Shown: piece by piece, positions 1 to 8,950 of the stretch
Layout of the letters: each line of letters begins with the position of its first letter
How positions within the stretch are numbered: position 1 is the first letter of the stretch
Source: Candidatus Shapirobacteria bacterium
GTDB lineage: Bacteria; Patescibacteriota; Microgenomatia; UBA12405
NCBI GenBank assembly: GCA_028704635.1
Contig: JAQWFB010000004.1
Coordinates: 2,656-66,655 of the forward strand
Reading direction: 5' to 3'
DNA length: 64,000 nucleotides
Program-made: the position numbers and the translations under genes
Notes under the pieces: model-generated
What the model saw: the letters and a program-made list of their open reading frames with translations, nothing else
Database searches by the model: none
What the model was told of the DNA's origin: nothing

Positions 1-1212
1 TCAACTGCTTCTGCTGAAACTCAAGAACAAGTAAAAACTGATCAAGGAGTAAGTATGGTTCTTCAAATAGATAATTCTGCCTATTTTGTTTCTAGCGCTG
101 GTGATTCTGTAGAAGCTGGAGTTTGGAAAAAAAATGACACTGCTCCAGTAATTATAAACAATAGAACCATGGTACCTCTAAGATTAATAAGTGAAACTTT
201 AGGAGCTGATGTTAATTGGAATAGTGAAACCAATTCAATTACAGTAAAAAAAGACAATAAAGAAATTAATGTTCAAATCGGCAGTGATTTAATGTTAATT
301 AATGATCAAAAAAGCACTAAAGAAATTACCTTAGACTCTCCGCCTGTTGTTGATCAAAACAATCGAACATTGGTTCCAGTCAGAGCAATTGCTGAAGCTT
401 TTGAAAAATCAGTTATCTGGGATCAAGCCACTAATTCTATTTTTATTAATTATACTCAACAAGAAAAAACTGCTTTCATAAATAATCCCAATAATACCGG
501 GACTGGTGGTAACACCAAAACTCCAGAAACCACAATTACAGGAACCCCCGAACAGCAAAGAGTTAAAAATAATCTTAAGAATATATATGATGAAGTTATC
601 AACGGTCAGGCCAATCCATTTAATTTAGATGATAATGAAGTTAAAAAGTATTTAGAAACCGGCAGCGATGAAGGCCTTAAAAGTTTCCAGGTTGTAAAAA
701 GTAAAGAAACTTCTTTTATTATGATTACCGGTGAAGAGGAGTTGGGACTGAACAAAATAACTGCCAAAATAGTAAAAATGGCTGTTAAGAGATGGGATGA
801 AATTGACCCCAGTATTATGAAAGAAATGGTGGAAACCAATGGGTTACGAGTGGTTACTTATCGTTCAAAGATATTTCAACCTTTTCAAGATAAGACGGAT
901 TTTGCTTGGTCAGCAACTTTTGACAAAGAAGGAACAACTTATTTAAATCAGTATCTTTATGCTGAAGCTCTTACTCGTTTTAATGAAAATAAAGTGGTTG
1001 AAACAAATACTCGAAGAATAATGGAAGATTTATTAGTGGAAAGTTATGGTATATATTATCTTAGGAATCTTGATAAAAACAAGAATATTGAGGTCTATAA
1101 GGCTGGTCGATTATTAGAGCAAGTTGAGAAATATAAAAGTAAATTAACCCCAACTGAATATTCTTATATTAAAAATGATGCCGAAAATAATATCAGAAAT
1201 TTTTCACGATAA
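1..1212 (+). CDS. Copper amine oxidase N-terminal (stalk) domain surface protein, probably 5'-truncated by the window
   Basis: Frame is open from base 1. Two copies of the family motif (APVIINNRTMVPLRLISETLGADVNWN; SPPVVDQNNRTLVPVRAIAEAFEKSVIWDQ), then a T/G/P linker and an unknown C-terminal domain. Confidence 0.8.
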   Translation, partial: STASAETQEQVKTDQGVSMVLQIDNSAYFVSSAGDSVEAGVWKKNDTAPVIINNRTMVPLRLISETLGADVNWNSETNSITVKKDNKEINVQIGSDLMLINDQKSTKEITLDSPPVVDQNNRTLVPVRAIAEAFEKSVIWDQATNSIFINYTQQEKTAFINNPNNTGTGGNTKTPETTITGTPEQQRVKNNLKNIYDEVINGQANPFNLDDNEVKKYLETGSDEGLKSFQVVKSKETSFIMITGEEELGLNKITAKIVKMAVKRWDEIDPSIMKEMVETNGLRVVTYRSKIFQPFQDKTDFAWSATFDKEGTTYLNQYLYAEALTRFNENKVVETNTRRIMEDLLVESYGIYYLRNLDKNKNIEVYKAGRLLEQVEKYKSKLTPTEYSYIKNDAENNIRNFSR

Positions 1213-1265
1213 TCTAATTAAACCATTTACTTTAATCGCTATCTTGTTTATATTTATCCATATAA

Positions 1266-2525
1266 ATGGCAGATAATTTAAGCGAAAAAAAATATCAAAG
1301 ATTGACATTGCCTATGGGGAAAATCAAAATTCCTAAATTTTTATATATTATCTTAATTATTTTAGGAGTTTTAATTTTAGTTGTTGGTGTATTTTATTTT
1401 TATTCAAAAAATAATTTTAAAAAGACTACAATTAAACCTACAAAAAGTAGTCAAGTTTTAGATAATAAAATGACAAGTGGTGGAAGTGGAGGTGTTACTA
1501 GTCAAAGCAATATTAATAACAAATTATCAAATTTAGAAATATCAAAGAAATTAGTTAATTGGTTAGAAAAACAAAGGGATGAAAGAGGAGTTTATAGTGA
1601 AAACGAAATTTGTGAAAATGGGATTTGTAAAGGTAACATCCCAAGTAACAGAAGTGGTTTTAGTGTAATGGATGGAAAAGTAAAATTACAAAAAGAAATA
1701 GATCAAAATATCGTTGATGATTTAAAGAAATATGTAAACAAAGATATAGTACAAGTAATTCAAAGTAATTATCTACTTTGTAATTTTTTATATGATCTAT
1801 ATAGTTATCCCAACGCCAATGAAGAAGTTAAAAGTTTAACAGAAAAAATATGTTTTAATGTTCAATATGAATTGGCTAATCAAAAAGATTGGGATTCTAT
1901 TTATGATACAAAAAATATAATTAATATTGATGCTTTGTTAAATCAAGATTTGCAGAAACTTGAAAATATTTTAGTAGAAAAACAAGCGACATCTAGTATC
2001 ATTACTGATGATGGTGATTTTAATTTTAATCTAGTGAGAAAGAATGGTTACTTTGTTAGTGAATTTGCAACTCGATATAAATGGGGAAACAAAGATGAAG
2101 ATTATAGAGGATTTTTAGTTTCTTTAGATAGATTTTTGGATTTGTATAGTGATTCCAAAAATGAATTTAATGATGGGGAAGGTTGTGGATTGGCTTGGGG
2201 ATTAATAGACATGGGAGAATATAAACAAATGCCAGAATTAAAAAAATACGGAGAGATGATTTATTCTAAAGAAGTTGTTGAAAAAGATATTAATAAAATG
2301 ACATTAAGGCACACACTTACTTGTGGTTTATTAGCTGATAGACTGAATGATAAAAAAATGGTTAATATTTTTATAAATAAAATTATTACTAACTTTTACG
2401 ATGAAAATAAAAGCTGTGTTGGTCAACAAAATAAAAGTGGTAATATAAAACCAATAATTAATTTTTATGATGTAAAAGATAATGGTATGTTTTTAATTTT
2501 ATTAAATAGTCTTGAAAAGAATTAA
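1266..2525 (+). CDS. Membrane-anchored hypothetical protein, helical extracellular domain
   Basis: One N-terminal TM helix (FLYIILIILGVLILVVGVFYFY), Ser/Gly linker, LVNWLEKQRDERGVY motif, several Cys. Confidence 0.75.
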   Translation: MADNLSEKKYQRLTLPMGKIKIPKFLYIILIILGVLILVVGVFYFYSKNNFKKTTIKPTKSSQVLDNKMTSGGSGGVTSQSNINNKLSNLEISKKLVNWLEKQRDERGVYSENEICENGICKGNIPSNRSGFSVMDGKVKLQKEIDQNIVDDLKKYVNKDIVQVIQSNYLLCNFLYDLYSYPNANEEVKSLTEKICFNVQYELANQKDWDSIYDTKNIINIDALLNQDLQKLENILVEKQATSSIITDDGDFNFNLVRKNGYFVSEFATRYKWGNKDEDYRGFLVSLDRFLDLYSDSKNEFNDGEGCGLAWGLIDMGEYKQMPELKKYGEMIYSKEVVEKDINKMTLRHTLTCGLLADRLNDKKMVNIFINKIITNFYDENKSCVGQQNKSGNIKPIINFYDVKDNGMFLILLNSLEKN

Positions 2526-2529
2526 TAAA

Positions 2530-5334
2530 ATGAAAAAATATTTTAAATATATTTTATGTTTTGGTTTATTTATTTTAAATACATCAGAAGTTATAGCGCT
2601 ATCTGATACAACTCAAAATGGTTGTAATAAGCGTGATTTAGGAACCTCAGATACTTATGATGGTGTGGTTTGCACAAAAGTTGGTAGTGTTTGTAATGCA
2701 GATTGTGCAAGTGGGTGGACAGATGAGCCTTGTGCGGCTGATGAAGATACCACTCCTCAGTCTAGTTTTAAATGTTATATAAATGATTCAAATTGCAATA
2801 ATAATGCATGGTGTCATAAGTGTGTGAAAAAAACTGTACCCTGTAATAGTTGCCAATCCGGATACATTGATTCTACAGCATGTACAGGAACTTGTAGTGG
2901 TACCTATAGTATTAATTCAGGTACGAGTTGTAATACTCAGAGTTGTTGTTTGTGTACAATTACAAATTGTTCGTGTGATACTAACAGTTCTTTAGCTCAA
3001 TCTACTTGTAACACTACTACCTATACTCAAGCTGCCAATGGAAACTGTCCTGCAATGACTTGTACTGGACAAAAAACTTGTACAACACCATCAGGTGGTT
3101 CTTGTCAGTTTGTATCTGACCCATGCTACGTTATGATCGGCGGAAGTTGTATGCCACAATATGGAACAGTTACATTTATTGGTGGTGCAATTAAACCATA
3201 TAATTGTACTTGTGAGGAGTCTTATAATAAAAATTGGGCTTGTTATCCGGATCATCCTTGGGCTTGTACGAGTGGTAGTGGTGTTCAAACTTGTTATGAT
3301 GGTAGTAGTTCACCTTGTGATTATTGTGGTGGTGTTATTTGTGAAAAGTCTGTTGATCCTAATGATAAATCAGGCTGGACCCAGTGTGTTCCTGATAATG
3401 GTATTTGTGGAAAAGGAAAAGCGTATAATTATTGCACAGGTTGTTCTAGCTGTTGGTTTGATTCTGGTCCTCCTGATTACGCTAATGTGCCAGGCTATTA
3501 TTCACATCTATACAATTACAATTGTACAGTTCCTTGTGGTTGTGAAGAGATAAATAGTGACCCTGATAATTTTGGACAATGTAATATCACTACCGAAAAC
3601 ACAAATTTTAGTTCTACTCTTGGTCCACAACCAGGCGCAGACGGTTATAGTGATTTGTGCTGGAATATATGGGGAACATGGGACGCAAATGATAATTTAA
3701 CATCATCCAATTTATCACCAGCTGTTCTTCAAGGGAACACGTGGACATGGACTTGCCCTGGTAAGGATTGGAGTAATCAAAATCCGTCTTGTCCTACCAA
3801 CATTGGTTGTTCAGCTCCACTTAATTCCCCTCCAAAATTTGAAGGGATTGATATGTATGGTACTAATTTTCATGGGGGAGTAAACGGGAATACGGTTATT
3901 AGTTCTCTTGTTCCTGCTGAAACCACTGACGTTGGAACTAGCAGAAATCAAATTTGTGATGACAGATTTTATGGCAATCGTATAGTTTCGTTTATAGTAA
4001 GTGCTAGTGATCCGAACAATGATAAAATTAGTGCAGTTTTAAAATGGAATAATCAACCTATCGGATTATTATATAGTGATGATAAAACTTATTTTCAATT
4101 TAATTGGTCTGGTACAGCGTGGAATGATCCCATACCCGATAGTCTTAACGACAATGTAGTTCATCCATTAATGGTGACTATTACTGATGAATATGGCAAC
4201 ACTACTGGAGAAATAAACACGGGAAGATATTTTAAAATTTGGGATTGTAACGTTCCAATAAGCGGCACTATTTATGATTCTACTGATAATGGAGGTAATG
4301 CAGATTATTCTACTGGTATTGGCTTTAGTAACCCAGCTGACCCGGCTGTTCTTAAATTTTCTTCTTTAGATTTTATTGGAGGTGGTGGTATTAGTGTTGG
4401 TATGGCAGTTAACTCACCTAATTATAATAGTGTCACCAATCATCATTTAACTTGGGGAGTGAATACTTATGTTCCTAATTTTAATGGAGATATTTCTTTA
4501 ACTAGTCCAAAAATAAGGTATAAAAATTCAAAGAGTGGTAGTAGCTGGAATGGTAATACTAATGCATATGTCGACACCATTGGAATTGTGGATCCTTATG
4601 ATGTCGCCTCAATTGGTATCACCGCCGACTTCTCTGGAATTTTAATTCAAGACCCCTGGTGGCAAGCCAATGGAGGTGGAGTTATTAGTAACACTAGTAT
4701 TACTGGACAAGTTCCAGCAACCTGTACTGAAACTAATAGTTGTATAAGTCAAATTGGTATTAGTGGTTTAGTTTCTGCTCCTTCTATTAGTAATGTAGGT
4801 AATCCTTCTTATCAAAATTGGTATTATGGCAGTACTTCAGGTTTACCAAATAATAATGCTAAATTAGCTGACTCTAATACTAACTACAGTTATTTCTATA
4901 GCCAGTATTTTGTTAAGAAAGGAGTTGGAACTACTTTCTCTGGTAATAAAAGTATTTCAGATATTGTCGACACTGGTATCTATTTTATCGAAGGTAATTT
5001 AAATATTGATACTGATAAAACTTTAACCAATCCTAGTGATTTCTTAATGATTATCGTTAGTGGTGATATTAATGTTGGTATTGGAGCAAGTCGAGTTGAC
5101 GGAATATTAGTGGCCAATAATATTGGTGCTAGTGGAGCTAGTGATAATCAATTAATTTTTAATGGTAGTCTTTATGCTGCTGATAGTGTTAATTTTTCTC
5201 GTGATTATTATACTAATAATAGAATAAACAATAACTCAACTCCAGTTGTAGTAGTTAATTATGATCCTAAATTAATCTTTAATATGCCTGGTGATATTGC
5301 TAAAGTTTTAACTAATTGGCAATGGGGAAATTAA
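2530..5334 (+). CDS. Large secreted cysteine-rich adhesin-like protein
   Basis: Signal-like N-terminus MKKYFKYILCFGLFIL (ATG 2530). About 47 Cys in the first ~430 residues by manual count, an Ig-like middle region and a beta-solenoid-like C-terminus. Confidence 0.8.
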   Translation: MKKYFKYILCFGLFILNTSEVIALSDTTQNGCNKRDLGTSDTYDGVVCTKVGSVCNADCASGWTDEPCAADEDTTPQSSFKCYINDSNCNNNAWCHKCVKKTVPCNSCQSGYIDSTACTGTCSGTYSINSGTSCNTQSCCLCTITNCSCDTNSSLAQSTCNTTTYTQAANGNCPAMTCTGQKTCTTPSGGSCQFVSDPCYVMIGGSCMPQYGTVTFIGGAIKPYNCTCEESYNKNWACYPDHPWACTSGSGVQTCYDGSSSPCDYCGGVICEKSVDPNDKSGWTQCVPDNGICGKGKAYNYCTGCSSCWFDSGPPDYANVPGYYSHLYNYNCTVPCGCEEINSDPDNFGQCNITTENTNFSSTLGPQPGADGYSDLCWNIWGTWDANDNLTSSNLSPAVLQGNTWTWTCPGKDWSNQNPSCPTNIGCSAPLNSPPKFEGIDMYGTNFHGGVNGNTVISSLVPAETTDVGTSRNQICDDRFYGNRIVSFIVSASDPNNDKISAVLKWNNQPIGLLYSDDKTYFQFNWSGTAWNDPIPDSLNDNVVHPLMVTITDEYGNTTGEINTGRYFKIWDCNVPISGTIYDSTDNGGNADYSTGIGFSNPADPAVLKFSSLDFIGGGGISVGMAVNSPNYNSVTNHHLTWGVNTYVPNFNGDISLTSPKIRYKNSKSGSSWNGNTNAYVDTIGIVDPYDVASIGITADFSGILIQDPWWQANGGGVISNTSITGQVPATCTETNSCISQIGISGLVSAPSISNVGNPSYQNWYYGSTSGLPNNNAKLADSNTNYSYFYSQYFVKKGVGTTFSGNKSISDIVDTGIYFIEGNLNIDTDKTLTNPSDFLMIIVSGDINVGIGASRVDGILVANNIGASGASDNQLIFNGSLYAADSVNFSRDYYTNNRINNNSTPVVVVNYDPKLIFNMPGDIAKVLTNWQWGN

Positions 5335-5350
5335 AATAATAAATAATAAA

Positions 5351-6106
5351 ATGAAAACTAATAAACAGAACAAAGGACAGATTGCCATTATTGTTCTTTT
5401 AGCATCAGCAATTATTTTAACTCTTGGCCTTTCTGCTTCAAAAACTGCTATTACTGATACTAAAGTTGATACGGATGAAGAATTATTAAAGGAAGCTTTC
5501 AATACAGCTGAATCAGCAATTAATAATTATTTAACTGATAGTAATAAAACTAATTACACAACTGAAGGTAGTGGTGCAAATATAGTTGCTACCCAAATTG
5601 GTGGTAATAATATTAAAGAAATTTCTTCTGAAGGTGTAGTTTCGGCTAATACAAATCAATTATTTTGGTTGGTTAACCATAATGAAAATGGAGATATTGG
5701 TTCTACTTATTATGGTGGTAGTAGTAGTTATTTTAAAATTGAGGCAGATAATTCTAATGTTGCTTTAAAAATAGATTATTTTTACATTGATGGATCTGAT
5801 TATAAGGTTGATAGATTTGGTTGTTATACGGGTACAGATCTTACTAATTTTGTTGGTTTTACATTTAATTGTAATAATAATATATCTACCTCTGGTAAAA
5901 ATTCTTTATTAGTTTCAGTTACCCCATTAGGCGGTTCTAGTAAAATAAAAATTTCTGGTGATTCTGAGTTTCCTGTTCAAGGAGAAGAAATAATGTCTAC
6001 TAGTATTACTGACAGTGGTGTTAAAACTCAAATTAAGACTAGATATGTCTATCAATTCCCTTCCTTTATGTTAGATGCTATTACTGCTAGGGGTGGGGTT
6101 GAATAG
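5351..6106 (+). CDS. PilX-like minor type IV pilin
   Basis: Basic leader, KG|QIAIIVLLASAIILTLGLS prepilin-type site, then AFNTAESAIN (PilX N-terminal AxxxAEsGi motif). Confidence 0.7.
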   Translation: MKTNKQNKGQIAIIVLLASAIILTLGLSASKTAITDTKVDTDEELLKEAFNTAESAINNYLTDSNKTNYTTEGSGANIVATQIGGNNIKEISSEGVVSANTNQLFWLVNHNENGDIGSTYYGGSSSYFKIEADNSNVALKIDYFYIDGSDYKVDRFGCYTGTDLTNFVGFTFNCNNNISTSGKNSLLVSVTPLGGSSKIKISGDSEFPVQGEEIMSTSITDSGVKTQIKTRYVYQFPSFMLDAITARGGVE

Positions 6107-6112
6107 CGTATT

Positions 6113-7195
6113 CTATTTTTTATTTATCAAATCATTCAATATAATCCAACGTCTTTTCTTTTCCTTCATTGGAATTTCATCTTTATATAATTTTGCCGAT
6201 ACAGTTCCTTTTCTTGGTGAATATTTATTTATATAAGCAATTTCAAATTTAGCTTTTTTGCAAAGTTCAACTGTGTTTTCAAATGCCTTTTCATCTTCCC
6301 CTGGGAAACCGATAATTATATCCGTCGAAAATCTAACGTCAGGAATTTTAGATCTAATTTTTTCTACCAATTCCAAATATTCTTTACTAGTATATCCACG
6401 ATTCATATTTTTTAATACATCATCATCACCAGCTTGAAATGGTAAATGAAGTAATCGATCAATGTTTGAATTTTTAGCAATAGTTTCAATTAACTCATCA
6501 GAAAAATCCCATGGGTTACTACTCACAAAAGAAATTTTTTCTAAATCCTTTTTGGCCACCTCTTCCAAAAGTTTTGGAAATAAACTTTTAAATCTTTTTT
6601 TACCCATCGATACTAATGTCGCTTCGGTAAAATCATTCCCATACGAATTAACATTCTGCCCAATCAACATCACTTGTTTAAAATCATCTTTAATCGCCTT
6701 ATCGATGTCATTTAAAATAGCCTCTATTTTTCTCGATATTTCTGGACCCTTAGCAAAGGGGACGATACAATAACTACAAAAATTACTACAACCAAAACTA
6801 ATTGGAATCAAAGCTATCTCGCTTTTTCCCCTCAATGGTTCAATCTCAAAACTAATTTTTTCAATCGGCAAAAATTCCGAAACTGCGGGAAAATCTCTTT
6901 TTAATTGACTTAATTTTTTACCGGTTTTATCCTTATGTGCCAGGCCCGCTAAACACCCCGTCACAATAATCTTAATGTGTTTATTATTTTTAATATTCCA
7001 CTTATCTATTTCATTTATCAAACCATAAACTCTATTTTCCGCTGACTCTCGAATAATACAGGTATTAATAATTACTAAATCAGATTTTTTCCAATCATCA
7101 GTTTCAATAAAACCTTCATTCCAATAAAAGGTCTTAATTCTTTCCGAATCAGCCGTATTTTGAATACATCCAAAAGTTTTAATAAAAAAATTCAT
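6113..7195 (-). CDS. miaB: MiaB-family radical SAM methylthiotransferase lacking a TRAM domain
   Basis: TFGCIQNTADSE, NTCIIRESAE and GCLA (three auxiliary-cluster Cys), CSNFCSYC, GQNVNSYG, STDIIIGFPGE, YSPRKGT. ATG 7195 follows TGGTAAAAT. Confidence 0.8.
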   Translation of the reverse strand: MNFFIKTFGCIQNTADSERIKTFYWNEGFIETDDWKKSDLVIINTCIIRESAENRVYGLINEIDKWNIKNNKHIKIIVTGCLAGLAHKDKTGKKLSQLKRDFPAVSEFLPIEKISFEIEPLRGKSEIALIPISFGCSNFCSYCIVPFAKGPEISRKIEAILNDIDKAIKDDFKQVMLIGQNVNSYGNDFTEATLVSMGKKRFKSLFPKLLEEVAKKDLEKISFVSSNPWDFSDELIETIAKNSNIDRLLHLPFQAGDDDVLKNMNRGYTSKEYLELVEKIRSKIPDVRFSTDIIIGFPGEDEKAFENTVELCKKAKFEIAYINKYSPRKGTVSAKLYKDEIPMKEKKRRWIILNDLINKK

Positions 7196-7217
7196 CCACA
7201 ATTTTACCAGATTAATT

Positions 7218-7685
7218 TTAATGAACCAATTTTCTAGCCACTAGAAATAAAACTCCACCAATACTAATCAATGTCACAGTTGGGAAAAATACCCCAGCGG
7301 TTGGTAAAGTTTCAGCACTTCCACTGCCAATAGCGGTATAATCAACATTTTCTGCACCTAAAGTTAAAGTAAAAGTAATTGTCGATCCATCACTAGTCAA
7401 AATAATTGCATGATCACCATCAGCCAATGTCCCTGGGTTATAAGTCCAATTTCCTGATCCATCTGTCGTTACAGTCGCTGCAGTTCCATCAATAGAAATA
7501 GTTACTACACTTGAGGCTATTGCCTCTCCCGTCATCACCGGTGTTAATCCTGAATACCACCAATGTGAAATTTGTTGACCACTAGTATTAACCTGTCCAA
7601 TCGATTTTAAATTAAAACCACCAGCAAAAGCCATTTTAGTAAACAAAGAAAAAATTATTAAAAAACAAAATAACTTTTTATACAT
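7218..7685 (-). CDS. Secreted Ig-like domain protein with LPxAG sorting signal
   Basis: Signal peptide (..MAFA|G), bacterial Ig-like motif (VTISIDG..TTDGSGNWTY..LADGDH), C-terminal LPTAG + hydrophobic helix + RK. Confidence 0.7.
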   Translation of the reverse strand: MYKKLFCFLIIFSLFTKMAFAGGFNLKSIGQVNTSGQQISHWWYSGLTPVMTGEAIASSVVTISIDGTAATVTTDGSGNWTYNPGTLADGDHAIILTSDGSTITFTLTLGAENVDYTAIGSGSAETLPTAGVFFPTVTLISIGGVLFLVARKLVH

Positions 7686-7759
7686 AAAAAAATAATATAC
7701 TTTTAATTTTTAATTTGCAATTTTATTGACACTAATAATTAAAAATGAGATATTTATTC

Positions 7760-8908
7760 ATGGATAATCCAACTAATGATCAAAAGTTTCTCAAACAAAC
7801 CTCAACTATTCCAAATCCAATTATCCCCGAAACTTCAACAGCAACTATTCCCGACCCCCAAATTCCAGTCACCGCCGAAAATCCAGTATCAACCATGACC
7901 GAAGTTCCAGTAGTTGAAACTGAATTACCTCCAATCCAGCCTCAATCAGAACCAGAAATAGAGAAAACAGAATCCACCGGCGAATATCAAAACGAGTATC
8001 AAGACATTTTAAATCAGTATGCCGCCAATCAAGAAATAACACCACCATTAGCACCAGTCCAAAAAAACGAAAATCCACCACCAACTCCAACCATCACTGA
8101 TTCAGATATTTTTCCAATACCTCCACAAAATAATCTTTTCAAAATTATATTTATAATTTCATTAATTATTTTTGTTTTAACATCCACGGTTTTAGCTTTT
8201 GTTTATTTTAAAAATCAAAAGAGTTCGCCAACTATCAATAACCAACCGTCAACGATCGACAATCTAACACCTACAGCCCCATCAGGCACCTGCTTTTTAA
8301 ATGACAAAACTTATCAAACAGGGGAAACATTTACGGCTACTGATGGTTGTAATACTTGCACTTGTGTCTCCCAAAACAATATCAGTTGTACTGATAAAGA
8401 ATGTCCATCATTAAAATCCGCCACTGAATCAGCTACAAATTCAACCAAAACCGCCACATCTTCAAGTATTCCTAAAGACTGGCAAGCTTATACTGATTCT
8501 GTTTATAAATATTCAATTCAATATCCATTAAACTGGACAATTGATAAAAAAATAACAAGTGACACAAGACTTTTAATAAACAGTCCTGAAAAAATAAAGT
8601 CTCTTCAAAATCCAAATAATTATGAAGGCTATTCTGGTGATGATATAAACATTCAAGTCTATGAAGATTATAAAAATTCTTTAACCAAAAACCAATCACT
8701 AGAAGAATATTTTAAAAGTAGTGGATTATTTTCTAATGTTAAAAAAATAAAAATAGGAAATACAAATGGTTATATTGTAGATGAGGCTGGTATGGATACT
8801 ACTCCTGCTTATTTCATTATTAATTCTAATAATGTTTTCAAAATAACTTCATTTTTAAGTTTTTCTCAAACAGAATTAAAAATTCTAGATTCTTTTAAAA
8901 TCAATTAA
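7760..8908 (+). CDS. Bitopic membrane protein with pacifastin-like 6-Cys module and PsbP-like domain
   Basis: Acidic P/T-rich N-terminus, TM helix, C..CNTCTC..CTDKEC, then WQAYTDSVYKYSIQYPLNW. Start 7760 vs 7745 is uncertain. Confidence 0.7.
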   Translation: MDNPTNDQKFLKQTSTIPNPIIPETSTATIPDPQIPVTAENPVSTMTEVPVVETELPPIQPQSEPEIEKTESTGEYQNEYQDILNQYAANQEITPPLAPVQKNENPPPTPTITDSDIFPIPPQNNLFKIIFIISLIIFVLTSTVLAFVYFKNQKSSPTINNQPSTIDNLTPTAPSGTCFLNDKTYQTGETFTATDGCNTCTCVSQNNISCTDKECPSLKSATESATNSTKTATSSSIPKDWQAYTDSVYKYSIQYPLNWTIDKKITSDTRLLINSPEKIKSLQNPNNYEGYSGDDINIQVYEDYKNSLTKNQSLEEYFKSSGLFSNVKKIKIGNTNGYIVDEAGMDTTPAYFIINSNNVFKITSFLSFSQTELKILDSFKIN

Positions 8909-8950
8909 ATTAAATTTTCTCAACACAACTTCAATTATTAAATTACAATA

